Source: Squalus acanthias (taxonomy: Eukaryota). From it: a stretch of 64,000 bases of DNA. A model generated the notes under the pieces. That model saw only the letters and a program-made list of their open reading frames with translations. It had not been told where the DNA came from and did no database searches. The DNA is taken from NCBI GenBank assembly GCA_030390025.1, contig CM059439.1, positions 52,452,001 through 52,516,000 on the forward strand. The letters run 5' to 3'. Shown here piece by piece: positions 39,464-51,119 of this stretch (positions within the stretch are counted from its first letter, which is position 1; every line of letters starts with the position of its first letter). Made by a program: the position numbers and the translations under genes.

Positions 39464-40322
39464 CCTCTCCGTCCTTGGCCTCTTACACTGTTCCAATGAA
39501 GCTCAACGAAAGACTGCACCTCCCTCAGTACTGAAGTGGAGTGTCAACCTAGACTTTTGTACTCAAGTTTATGGAGTGGGACTTGAACCCACAACCTTCT
39601 GACTTGGGCGAGAGTGCTACCCACTGAGCCACAGCTGAGACTGTTCGAAATGGGACTAATTGGTTAGCTCTTTCAAAGAGCTGGCACAGGCATGACGGGC
39701 CGAATGCCCTACTTCTGTGTTCATTTTATAATTGTACGTTACAGCATGTGACCAAATGCTTGGTCGAAGAGATAGATTTTAAGCAGTGTCTTGGGGAAGC
39801 AGAGAGGTGAAGTGGTTTCGGGAGGGAATTCCAGAACATAGGGCCTAGATGGATGATGGCACAGCTGCCAATGGTGGGGCAAAGGAAGTGGGGGATGCAC
39901 AAGAGGCTAGAGTTGGAGGAACGCAGTTCACCCTTGCCATCTCCCCATCTGTTTTTAAAAGCTCTCCTGTGCTTTCTGCTCCCTTTTCCGTTTTTTCCTT
40001 CCTCCTGCTTGGTCACTGTTTTCCTTCCATCCTGGAAAATGCTCTGCGACATCTTTCTGAATGTGAGGACCACTATTTTTTTCCTGTTGCTGGGTTGGAG
40101 TGGATAATACTTGCATAGTGCTCCATCTAGTGGCTTGACCAAGAACTGCTAAAATATGTTCAATTTATTTGATTCAAAGTCATTGTGATTTGATTGACAG
40201 ACAAAGAAAAGTAGAAATGAAAGAGGATTCTCCAAATAACTTGTATTTACTGACACTATCCCAACCCATGTTGAATGTATTTTCTAACATAGAATGGAAA
40301 GTTTTTATAACAAACATGTTAC

Positions 40323-40422
40323 CTTAATTACAGTATATTCCTTTGCCCAAGTGCAGTTAGCTGGATCAGGAATGTTTCTAACATACAGTCGAGATGTGAG
40401 TTTCGATAAAATGGACCAAATC
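40323..40422 (-). CDS. IL12RB2: IL12RB2 Box1 exon
   Basis: IWSILSKLTSRLYVRNIPDPANCTWAKEYTVIK; IPDPAN JAK-binding Box1; 100 nt, phase 2 to 0. Confidence 0.95.
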
Positions 40423-40537
40423 CTGCGGCAATATAAAATACAAGACAGATGAGTACCTTTCGTCAGTTCATAAAGCCTAGCTTGAGGAATGATCACATAC
40501 ACTGATCGTCCACGTTCTGTAATATCTCTTTCGTTTT

Positions 40538-42627
40538 GAGGCTATTCAGGCGAGTGGTGGGGCCAAATTATATTATATTTAAAACTGTATGTGGCGGCTG
40601 CCCAGAGGAGTCAGCGTGGGCCCCGATCCCAATTGGTCCTGGGTCCTCATTATAATGTGCTTGGTGTCGCCGTGAAACTAGCTCCCCAATAGGCAGCTCT
40701 GGAGTTGGGAAATCAGGGTGGGGTGGCCGAATGTGAAGGACCTGCGGCAGCACTTTAAAGAGGAGGAGTATAAGTATTAGGAATGAAAACGAGCTGTACT
40801 CCTGGTTTGGAAAATGTTCACTTTAAATCAGGCTAAAGTGTCAGACCATCATGTCAACTGATTGAATAGTTACAATTTGAATATTCAATTAAATGGAACC
40901 AAAATCTAGCCTTTAACCCTTTTCCCCCTGCGCCACTCCACCCCTCCCCTTGATAATGCACTCCTTTGAGTGGTCGGGCACATTTGAACAGATCAGGAGC
41001 AGGGATTGGTTTAATTTATGCCAGTGAGGTATCTAGGAATGGGAATTTGGATGGGCCCCAACTTATGGTGGGTGGGCAGGCAAAGGTCTGATGTCACAGC
41101 AAATCATTTATAATATATTGTACAAATAACTCAAATCACTGCTTTGTTCCAACTACTGCTCCCTCCCAATCACCCCAATGGACACAATGTTAAAAGACTT
41201 GACTGATACACGGGCGGTACATTTACAGGTTCGCTCCACGTCCATTCTGATCACCTTTCTTGGTGGCCAATCTCCCTGGTTTTAAGACTGGGCTTTGCTG
41301 CTCTGCTTGCGTCTGACTGTTAACTTGGGGGAATCTACGCTACGCTTCTCTGCTGCTGTTGCATTTTGCTTGAGTGTGGGCAGGATTTGGGTGGGCCTGG
41401 TGCTAATGGGGGAGGGATCGTGACCCTCCCAGGCCCATCAATGGCTACACCCATGCAAAAGGTAATGGATGAGAAATACTTGAATCTAAAGTGCATGAAC
41501 CAGTCCGAACATCTTAATTTAAAAAATAAAGAGCTCGACCCATCTGATTTTTTTTTTCCTTCTCTCACATCAAGTGGAGATCCTCATGAATGCCACTCAC
41601 AACCTGCCACTGAAGATTGCGGAAATTATTCTCCACTAACCAGTAACACTCAGCAACGGCAAAATTGAAGAAGCAATTCCTGATTGCACGTACTCGATGG
41701 TAGATCGCAATAGTGTTTAAAAGAAGTTTGGTAGGTGGGAAAGATTTAAAAATGAAGACTGGTGTAAGTTATTTAATCTGTGGTCTGTCCTTTACTGGTG
41801 CCAGAAATTCAGAGCTATCAACATAACAAACAGTAGTGAGGTCTACCTTTAAAAAGAGACTGTGTGAATTCACTTAATCACAGCAAGCATACCACAATTT
41901 CAGATTTATTACCTGTTTCTAACCGACTGCCATAAACAAAATCCAGAAACTACGACGGCAACCAAGAACGTTACTGCAACAACGACCACTATGATGGACT
42001 TGCTGTCAGAGGGTGGAGGATTACCTGAAGGGCAAGAACATTTCAACAGTTTCAATTCACTGAGCAGAATAAAACTTCAGCAGACTGACCAACCTTCTGC
42101 CTATAACTCCAAAATAGTGACCATCTCCCCCCTTACAATATTGAGAACTGCGGGGTTTTTTTTTCCTGTCTGTCCAATTTTCTCTCCTTCTAAACCACTA
42201 AAGACGTTTGACTACTGCCAGGATATGACCGCCCTCTGATACCTCATCCAAGTGGCTATCCTTCATGTGCGGGTGTAGACCGTTTTAAAATGCTTTTACT
42301 GGTTGTTGTGGTACTATGGGACCTTCCTGGTTCGTATGGTTCAGTATACACCCTGGGGGATTTTCATTTCGAGGGTTATTCAGGCAAGTGGTGGGCCGAA
42401 TTGTATTACATTTTAAAACTGCATGTGGCGACCGCCCAGAGCAGTCAGCGTGGTCCCCGATCCATCTTGGTCTTGGGTCCTCATTATAACGTGTTCAGTG
42501 CCGGCGTGACCCATGCTCCCCAATCGGCAGCTCATCTATCTGGGGTGGGGTGGACGAATGTGAAGGGCCTGCAGCAGCACTTTAAAGGGGAGGGGTTTAA
42601 TTATCCGGAATTTAAACAGGCTGCACT
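40538..42627 (+). repeat. Diverged direct repeats of about 260 bp (40538-40800 and 42371-42627) flanking the IL12RB2 TM exon
   Basis: Shared blocks tattcaggc.agtggtggg, gtcagcgtgg.ccccgatcc, tgggtcctcattataa, gaatgtgaagg.cctgc.gcagcactttaaag; third fragment near 44468-44497. Confidence 0.85.
41913..42024 (-). CDS. IL12RB2: IL12RB2 transmembrane exon
   Basis: SNPPPSDSKSIIVVVVAVTFLVAVVVSGFCLWQSVRNR; about 22-residue hydrophobic helix; cttcAG / GTAATA; 112 nt, phase 1 to 2. Confidence 0.92.
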
Positions 42628-43290
42628 TTAGAGCAGCAGGCATCTTGTGTGCAGAACCTACAGCAGCAAATACATAAAATGTACTTTTCCTTTAAGGTTC
42701 AAAAAGGCTCACGTGTGACTACCGTAAAATCTCCCAAACCGCCGTCCAGCTTTCCCAGGCTGAGGATCACTTCAATTTTTATGAGAAATGGCTGATTTCA
42801 GACTTGTACTGCCCATGGTTGGTGGGTGGGACCAGGAACTGCGGATAAGTCAGGTGTGTTGAGACGAAAATGACATTGGGGGGTCTTAACTTTGTCATCT
42901 GACCCTGATCTGCATGTATGCAAAAGCCTCCTGCCTGTTTTCGATGGGAGCTCCGGTCGGCTGGACGGAGATCTGCCCAGATAAAATCAGGACGGATGGT
43001 AACTCGGCACGGTGACTTGCTGCTTGATTTTGGTTCCGTTACTGCCCCATTTCTAAACATAAACTGGCCCATAGCAGCACAAAAATCACCCCAAGGTGAT
43101 GGATTTATCCACTGCTTGTGTGCCATTTTAAACTCTATTAATGCATTTCTTTAGTGGTTTAGTCAATGGCCATTGATATTACAATGTTATTATCTGGGTA
43201 AAACAGTGGCAGGTTTGAACCAATATGCCTATTGTACACATTTGTTCAGATTCATTTAGAAACATTCAGAGTTCTGTTACACTTCTTTAC

Positions 43291-43431
43291 TTTCTTTGTT
43301 GAAGTAAAATCTGTGTCGTTCTCCATTCTTCCCTTCTCCAGCTGTAGTTACCGCTGTCATCCACACAATGTATCCTGCTCCGGGTTTCAGATCTGGAATT
43401 GTGTAATTCCTGCTGGTCGGATCAATATGCC
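43291..43431 (-). CDS. IL12RB2: IL12RB2 exon, membrane-proximal FNIII
   Basis: RHIDPTSRNYTIPDLKPGAGYIVWMTAVTTAGEGKNGERHRFYFNKE (WMTA.T.AGE motif); 141 nt. Confidence 0.93.
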
Positions 43432-43666
43432 CTGTGCAACAGCAAAGAATGAATACAAATTATAGACCCCAAATCATTCTGTTCCAGTTTGTCCTTTTAT
43501 TAGGATCTGTGTTACTTTCATTCATCTCCCCAATTTCTCCCCCTCCTACCCAGTTAGTGGTGACTCATGCTGCTCCACAGTGAGGCTGATCAGTGGAACT
43601 GGAATAACAACAGAAAACGCTGGAAAAACTCAGCAGGCCAGGCAGCATCCGTGGAGAGAGAAAGAG

Positions 43667-43703
43667 AGTTAACGTTTCAGGTCGATGACCTTTCATCAGA
43701 ACT
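43667..43703 (-). ncRNA. Minimal type I hammerhead ribozyme motif (sense to IL12RB2 pre-mRNA)
   Basis: Exact reverse complement of 43853-43889. Confidence 0.65.
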
Positions 43704-43852
43704 GGGAAGAGCCGGAAATCAAATAGATTTAAGGCCAGGGTAAAGCTGGGAAAAGGGGGAGGGGATAAAGGAACAAAGGGGGAGATGAAGAGACATTAAG
43801 AGATATGCAAGGCTAGAGGTGGTGTTAATGTGACAGATTAACGGCTCTTCCC

Positions 43853-43889
43853 AGTTCTGATGAAAGGTCATCGACCTGAAACGTTAACT
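43853..43889 (+). ncRNA. Minimal type I hammerhead ribozyme motif
   Basis: Stem I AGTT/AACT, core CTGATGA(+A), stem II AGGTC-ATC-GACCT, GAAA, loopless palindromic stem III (ACGT), predicted cleavage after GUU at 43885. Confidence 0.65.
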
Positions 43890-45454
43890 CTTTCTCTCTC
43901 CACGGATGCTGCCTGGCCTGCTGAGTTTTTCCAGCGTTTTCTGTTGTTATTTTGGATTTCCAGCATCCGCAGTATTTTGCTATCGTATTAGTCGAACTGG
44001 AATCCTGTCTCATTTGTTTCTCTTCTTCTAGCTAGGGTCACTGATGTAAACTATAGCATCCCCACTGCCACCTTGGGTAACTTGGCACAGACCAGGAATT
44101 TCACTACCACACCATGTAGTGGAAATACAACTGAGCCATGGGGGCGGGCCTATTTTCATGTTTCTTGTACTATAATGTTAGTGAATCCATTGAGTGCATT
44201 CTGCTTTTCTGTGTGTTTAAAGCTATTTTCTCTCCTCTTCATTTGGGTCTCCGTGGGCTATGCAGTGTAATCAGCTGAGAGGGTAGGTGGGTGACCTGAT
44301 CTCTGACCTTTGCCTACATCACATTCAAAATGATCAAGATGAGTGAGAATTAAAAAAAAAAAGAGGAACTGTATTTTATTGAATGGTCACACAGTCTGGT
44401 ATATTACCTGTGCATATGCTATGTCAGTAAGTCACTACTCGTTTTATGCTTTAAAATAAATCCATTTTGATCCTGGGTCCTCATTATAATGTGCTCAGTA
44501 AGCTGCCAGTGTGAAACATGGGCTTAGTTAGTTAGAGGCAGCCGGTTAGTAGATATTTTGTGTAGAACCTCCCTTCCTGTGACATCATGGATAGGGTTAG
44601 TGGCTTGTGGGTCCACTCCCCATTCATGCTATCACATGTAGGGAAATTTCACACACAATAGGGTAATTTTTAGACTACAGATTTCAATGAGTGGAAAATA
44701 GTGAGTAGGTCACCCAAGATTTTTCAATATGCCCTGTCGGGTGAGGTTGCCTGCAATCCAGCACAGAGGTAATTATCTCCAATGTCTCCCCCAGATTTCT
44801 TTTAACAAGCCTTTCTAAATTATAAAAATGTGTAACAAGTGAGTGAGAGATACTATTAAGTATACTTCTCAAACTGCATTTCTGATTTGTCATACAACTT
44901 ACAGATTGTGAGACTATTCAATAAAATACACTTTCTCTCTTAAAGTTAACCAAGACCACATCTTAGAACAGACTATTGTACAAATCATTTTGAAATAAAA
45001 GGAATAATTTCTAATTTCAAATAATTACTCATTTCAAAAGGTAACTATGTATCAAAATTTAGCCATTAAAGGACTGGGTGATGCAGTCAGTTAAAAATCA
45101 TTTTACCTTTGGGACATTGGTTTGGACCTTTGAAATCCAGCTCAGACTGATGGGATGAAAGTTTCCATTCTCTGCTGGTTGTAAGCATCTTATGTGAAGT
45201 GATATGCCAAGCACCTCAGCCCAATTCACAGAACAAAATCCTGCTTTAGGGATTTTCAAATTCCCAATGATGGCAGGGGTCAAGAGTGGAGATGTCACTC
45301 TCGGTCAAGAGCAGGACATTCTTGACTCTAACGCTAACACTGGGCTCAAATTGTAGGAGAAATATTCCATTACCATGATTACAAAATTCAGCCCCTGTGA
45401 AATATGAAAACTCAACCATAATGAGTTTGATATCTTAGTAAATTTCAAGATAAA

Positions 45455-48400
45455 ACATAGGAACAAGAGTTGGCCATTTAGCCCCTCGAGCCTGTTCTAC
45501 CATTCAATAAGATCATGGCTGATCTGTGACTTAACTCATATATCCACCTTTGGCCCATATACCTAATACCTTTGGTTAACAAAAATCTATCAATCTCCGA
45601 TTTAAAATTAACAATTGATCTAGCATCAATTACCGTTTGCGGAAGAGAGTCCCAAACTTCTACCGCCCTTTGTGTGTAGAAGTGTTTCCTAATTTCACTC
45701 CTGAAAGGTCTGGCTGTAATTTTTAGACTATGCCCCCAGTCCTAAACGCCCCAACCAGTGGAAATAGTTTCTCTCGATCGACCCTATCTGTTCCCCTTAA
45801 TATCTTGAAAACTTTGATCACATCACCCCTTAACCGTCTAAATTCTAGGGAATACAACCTTAACTTGTGTAATTTCTCCTCGTAATTTAACCCCTGGAGT
45901 CCGGGTATCATTCTGGTAAACCTACGCTGCACTCCCTCCAAGGCCAATATATCCTTCCTAAGGTGTGGTGCCCAGAACTGCTCACAGTACTCCAGGTGTG
46001 GTCTAACCAGGGCTTTGTATAGCTGTAGCATAACTTCTACCCCCATGTATTCTAGTAGTCTAGATATAAAGGCCAGCATTCCATTAGCCTTTTTGATTAT
46101 TTTCTTTACCTGTTCATGACATTTTAATGATCTATATACCTGGACCCCCAAGTCTCTTGGGACCTTCACTGTTTTTAGCTTTACACCATTTAGAAAGTAC
46201 CCTGTTCTATCCTTTTTAGGTCCAAAGTGGATGACCTCACATTTGCCTACATTGAAATCCATTTGCCACAGTTTTGCCCATTCACTTAAAATTACAATGG
46301 CATATCAATAGATTATGCTTTCATCTACAATGCCACCTATCTTTGTGTCATCGGCAAATTTGGATATATAGCTTTCTATGCCATCATCTAAGCCGTTAAT
46401 AAATACTGTGAATAGTTGAGGCCCCAACACAGATCTCTGTGGGACACCGCTAGTCACCTCCTGCCAATTTGAGTACCTGTCCATTATCCCTACTCTCTGT
46501 TTCCTGCCGCTCAGCCAATTTCCTAACCAGGTCAATAATTTGCCTTCAATTCCATGGGCTTCTACCTTAGTTAACAGTCTCTTATGAGGGACTTTATCAA
46601 GTGCCTTCTGGAAATCCATATAAATAACATCCATAGACATTCCCCTGTCCAATACTTTAGTCACCTCTTCAAAAATTCAAGCAGGTTTGTCAGGCATAAC
46701 CTACCTTTCACAAATCCATGCTGGCTCTCTCTGATCAACTGGAAATTTTTGAGATGTTCAGTCACCCTCTCCTTAATTATAGACTCTAGTAATTTCCCGA
46801 CAACAGATGTTAGACTAACTGGTCTATAATTCCCTGGTTTCCCTCGCTCGCCATTCATAAATAGCGGAGTGACATGCGCAATTTTCCAATCTAAAGGAAT
46901 GGTTCCTGAATCGAGAGAACTTTGGAAGATTATAGTTAGGGCATCTGCAATGTACTCACCTACGTCCTTTAAATCCCTGGGATGGAAATCATCTGGTCCT
47001 GGGGATTTGTCACTCTTCAGTGCCATTATTTTCTTCATTACTGTTATTTTACTTACAATGTCCCGTATTTTCCGATCGGAGGCTTCCTGCGTGTGGAGGC
47101 CTCTGATCTGGAAAAAATCTATGCCCTTACCTGAGGGCTCCAGAGGTCCAGCCATTTCCGCTCCTGGGCCTCTCCACGACGAAATGCGCAGGGCCCAGGT
47201 ATCCCAGGGGCGCATGCGGTTCACAAGCGTCCCTGGGATCACGTGGGCCATGGGTAACCAATGGGAGAAGGGAATCTCCCTTCATACTTTTGACAGCTTA
47301 GACCTGTCAAAAGTATGAATGGAAATCACTCCAAAAACACATCAAAACATAAAAAAAAAGTTAAATCATGTTTTTAAAATTAGTTAAAATTACATTAAAT
47401 TAAATTTTAAACAAAAATTTAATTTTTTGAGGATTTTTTAAAAAATTTTGTGAAAAAAATTAAAGTTTTTTGCGGGGCTAAAAATAAACTTTTTTAAAAA
47501 GTATTTTTAAATTATAAATGAGTGAAATTTTTTTTTTAAATTTACTTTTTAAAATTCTTATGCTGGTAAAAGCAGGTCTTTTGCCTACTTTTACCAGGCG
47601 TAAGATTTCTAAGGGTTTTCAGCGGGCGGAGGTTCTGCAGAAAGCGGAACTCTCCACCCGCAGAGGCCCTTCTCCAGGGCAGGCGTGCGATCTGTCAAGA
47701 GGATTCTTGACAGATCGGAAATGCCGGTTTTCAGCGCATGTGCTTCGCATGCCTGAAACCGGCACTTGCGAGGTCCCTACGGGTGTGTACACAGCCCGTA
47801 CACACCCGTAGGCATCGGAATATACGGGCCATTAATTTTATTGAGTCCCTGTCCTGATTCAATATTAGTTTCCTCGGATTTCCGGCATGCTATCCTCTTC
47901 CTCTATTGTAAATACTGACACACAGTAATTATGCAACATGTCTGCCATTTCCTTATTATCATTGACAATATCCCTGATCTCAGTTTTTAAGGGGCCAACA
48001 TTGCTCTTGACTACCCTCTTTTTCCTAATATAATTGTAAAAAAAATTGTGTTGATTTTGATATTCCTTGCAAGTTTGTTTTCATACTCCTTTTTGTAGCT
48101 TTTACTATCTGTATTATGACCCTTTGCTGTTCTTTGTATCTTTCCCATTCGCCAGGATCTGTGCTATTTTTTGCATTTTTGTATGCTTTTTCTTTTCGTT
48201 TTATGCTGTCCCTCACCTCTTTAATCGTCCATGGCTTTTTTTTTGGCAAGTAGAGCTCTTGCCCTTCAGGGGTATAAACTGGTTCTGTATCACCTTAAAT
48301 TCTTGTTTGAACATCTCCCACTGCTCTTCTGTTGTTTTACCCATTTGCCCAGTTTACTGTGGATAGTCTCTTTTATACCATTGAAATCGGCCTTGCCTAA

Positions 48401-48830
48401 ATCTAGAATCTTAGTAGCTGTTTCGTGTTTATTCCTTTCAAACACTACATTGAACTTGATCATGTTACGATCACTATTGGATAAATGTTCACGCACAGTT
48501 AGGCTGTTAACTAAATCTAATATGGCATGCCCCCTTGTTGCTTCTAGGACATATTGTTGTAGAAAACAATCTCGGACACACTCAAGAAATTCACTACCTT
48601 TCTGACAGGTGTTGGTCTACTTAACCTAATCTATGTGAAAGTTAAAATCCCCCATTAAAACCACTCTGTCTTTGCTCCATGCTTGTCTAATCTCTGCATT
48701 TATACAATCTAGCATTTCACAGCTGCTACCAAGGGGCCTATACTCAACTCCCATTACAGTCTTAAATCCTTTCCTATCTCTTAATTCCAACCATAAAGTC
48801 TCCACTGCCTGGTTACCTCTCAAAACAATA
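45455..48830 (-). mobile_element. CR1 LINE ORF2 pseudogene (APE plus RT), interrupted by a MITE
   Basis: [70 protein letters not shown]; split across several frames. Confidence 0.93.
47060..47830. mobile_element. Non-autonomous DNA transposon (MITE, PIF/Harbinger-like) inside CR1
   Basis: TIRs GTCCCGTATTTTCCGAT / ATCGGAATATACGGGCC (2 mismatches), flanks AAT/ATT; CR1 sequence continues on both sides. Confidence 0.8.
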
Positions 48831-50423
48831 AACTACTTTTTTCTTGTTTTGACACTAATTTTATTTTCAGTAACTAACATTATCAATTTTTATATGTATA
48901 TATAATGGAATATTCCAAACATGTTTCAGATGCCACAATTTGTATTACACACAATAGATCCTTCATAAAAATATATATATAAAAAGAGAAAGAAAACCAT
49001 TCACTGACTATTTTCCTGACCTTGGAATAAACTGGCCTTTCTGCAAGGGGCAGAATCAAGCAGTTGTCAATGTAAAGAACTTCAAACAGTAACTGGATTC
49101 ATCCCCAATTGACTTCCAGATCTACTCACACGGAGAATCTGAGCAGTGGCCATAATGTGAGGCCAGGTTAGCATCTAAACATCACAATTTGCTCCAGGCC
49201 CAGACTACCTGTGCGTAATGTCACAGGAGATCAGTTTGTCATATAAATCTTCTATATATACAGTCCCTATTCTTGCTTAGAACTTTCTTAGAATATAAAA
49301 TACTATGGAATGAGAAAAGGCCGTTTGCAATATTCCCTATCACGGACTCTCAAAAACTGTCCGCAATATTGTCTTTTTCCCATAGATAATCACCCCAGAA
49401 TATTCATCCATCCTCATAATTCCTTTATTCAACTCTGGCATGCTGCCCTCCACAGATGTCAGCCAACCTCTGGCGTTCTGCCCTCCACAGATGTAACCCC
49501 AGTAACAAAGGAGCATCATGGCTTGTGGATTATTCCATTGTCTGAGTATGTTTGTGTTTTTTTTTTCTCCCCTCATCTCCTGAAAGTCCTAACTCATTAT
49601 GGGACATGTTTTCACAGGAACTTGTTCAAGTGGTCATTCTTCATATAAGAGAATAGAGCGAGTGTTGGTAACTATTCAACTATGAGGGAATTACAGCTGA
49701 GCCCACTCCTGTCCTCACCTGACATCAACACACATACACCTCCCTGCAATGTTGGAAAACAATCAGCAGGGGAGACTTTGTCTAATTTCCCCTCCCTATC
49801 CTGTGGCACTGAGGCCAATTTTAGTGCTCCTACTGCTATTCTAGCTGGGAACAGATAGCATAGCACAAATTTGGGATTGGACCTTTCTGGAGCACATGGC
49901 TCTATTGCTCACTCAACCTTGAATTCATGATCTGAGCTGTCGAGACCTTCTCGGTCTAATTAACTGAGATTTTTTAATTATGAGGGTTTTGACAGAGTGA
50001 ATAGGGAAAGCTCATTTTCTCTGGTTGGGAAGCTAGTGACAAAGGGTCATCAATTTAAAACTGTCCCTAAGAAAGTAAGGAGAGGGGTCAGGAGAAATTT
50101 CTTCACACAGAGGGTTGTTTGAGTAAGGAAAGCTTTGCCACAGGGAGTAGTTGAAGCAAAAAGCCGGCACAGACACGATGGGCCGAATGGCCTCCATTTG
50201 TGCTGCTAACTTCTATGGTTCTATACATTTCTAAGACTTTCAATTCCATTCACATACAAATATTTCTCCATAACTGGGGATTTATGGGGAGAGGGCAGGA
50301 AACTGGAGTTGATGTAGAAGTTCAGCTATGATCTCATTGAATGACGGAGCAGGCTCGAGGGGCCGTATGGCCTACTCCTCCTATTTCTTATATTCTTAAC
50401 CACTATTTCTCCGCTGTACATAC

Positions 50424-50573
50424 TATAAATTGCAGGAGGTAGCTCGGAATTCTCCTCCTGTAAGTAGATGGTGTAGCTTTCGATGCAGCCCTCCTCCTGG
50501 TCTTGTGGAACATTCTTCCAGAATATTACAGCTGTGTTGTGTTTGGTGGAGACTATAGGTCCCGACAGTGGTG
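50424..50573 (-). CDS. IL12RB2: IL12RB2 exon, FNIII
   Basis: APLSGPIVSTKHNTAVIFWKNVPQDQEEGCIESYTIYLQEENSELPPAIY; CAGCAG tandem acceptor (alternative start 50576); donor GTATGT. Confidence 0.92.
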
Positions 50574-50624
50574 CTGCTGAATAAAAATTTGTTAAAAGCG
50601 TTGATTAAAATAACATCTCATTAC

Positions 50625-50783
50625 CAATGATCCCGCTAAGGTGCGCAGTAATCTGAAAGATCCTGCGCAGGCCGCTCACCGGCTTTTCCATTGTAAGTAC
50701 TGCGCATGCGCAGAAATTTAAAGGGACCGCGCAGTAAAAGGAACAGGCCACGTAGAACAAAGTGCAGCTTACAGAGAACATTG
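50625..50783. mobile_element. hAT-superfamily MITE
   Basis: Perfect 8-bp TSD CTCATTAC (50617-50624 and 50784-50791); imperfect TIRs CAATGATCCCGCTAAGGTGC / GCAGCTTACAGAGAACATTG. Confidence 0.88.
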
Positions 50784-50855
50784 CTCATTACTCATTACCA
50801 CCAGCATATGTCGATTATTTACTCATGGTTTGAATTTAACCACTACTTTGATTAC

Positions 50856-50957
50856 CTTCTTGTGCTGAGTATCTCTGAGTTGACAGTGGTCTCCTTGCCC
50901 CACTTTCATAAATGGCATAGACTGAGATCCGATAACATGTCTTGGGTTTTATATTTT
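50856..50957 (-). CDS. IL12RB2: IL12RB2 exon, FNIII
   Basis: ENIKPKTCYRISVYAIYESGARRPLSTQRYSAQE; ttgcAG / GTAATC; 102 nt. Confidence 0.92.
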
Positions 50958-51119
50958 CTGCAATACAGAAAGATAGTAGTTGTACTCAAAAGTATTCTGT
51001 TGTGCCTAATGTATGGGGGGGTGGGGTGGGGGGGACAGAAGAGAGAATGTGTGACAGCTTGTTGTGAAAAAACTGGGGAAAATCTTTTAGTGTATCTCTC
51101 ACACTCCTGGGTAGCTTGT

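Larger units (their letters stand above)
43606..43989. mobile_element. Penelope-like mini-insertion with inverted termini and target-site duplication
   Basis: Arms 43603-43714 and 43842-43951 are reverse complements except one 2-nt indel; TSD AGT(G/C)GAACTGGAAT at 43592-43605 and 43990-44003. Confidence 0.88.

Noticed and set aside
45723-47251. Long ORFs (179, 119 and 196 aa) with RT motifs as an active retrotransposon or host gene
   Set aside because: Frameshifted fragments of one CR1 ORF2; the N-terminus of the 196-aa ORF is contributed by the inserted MITE.
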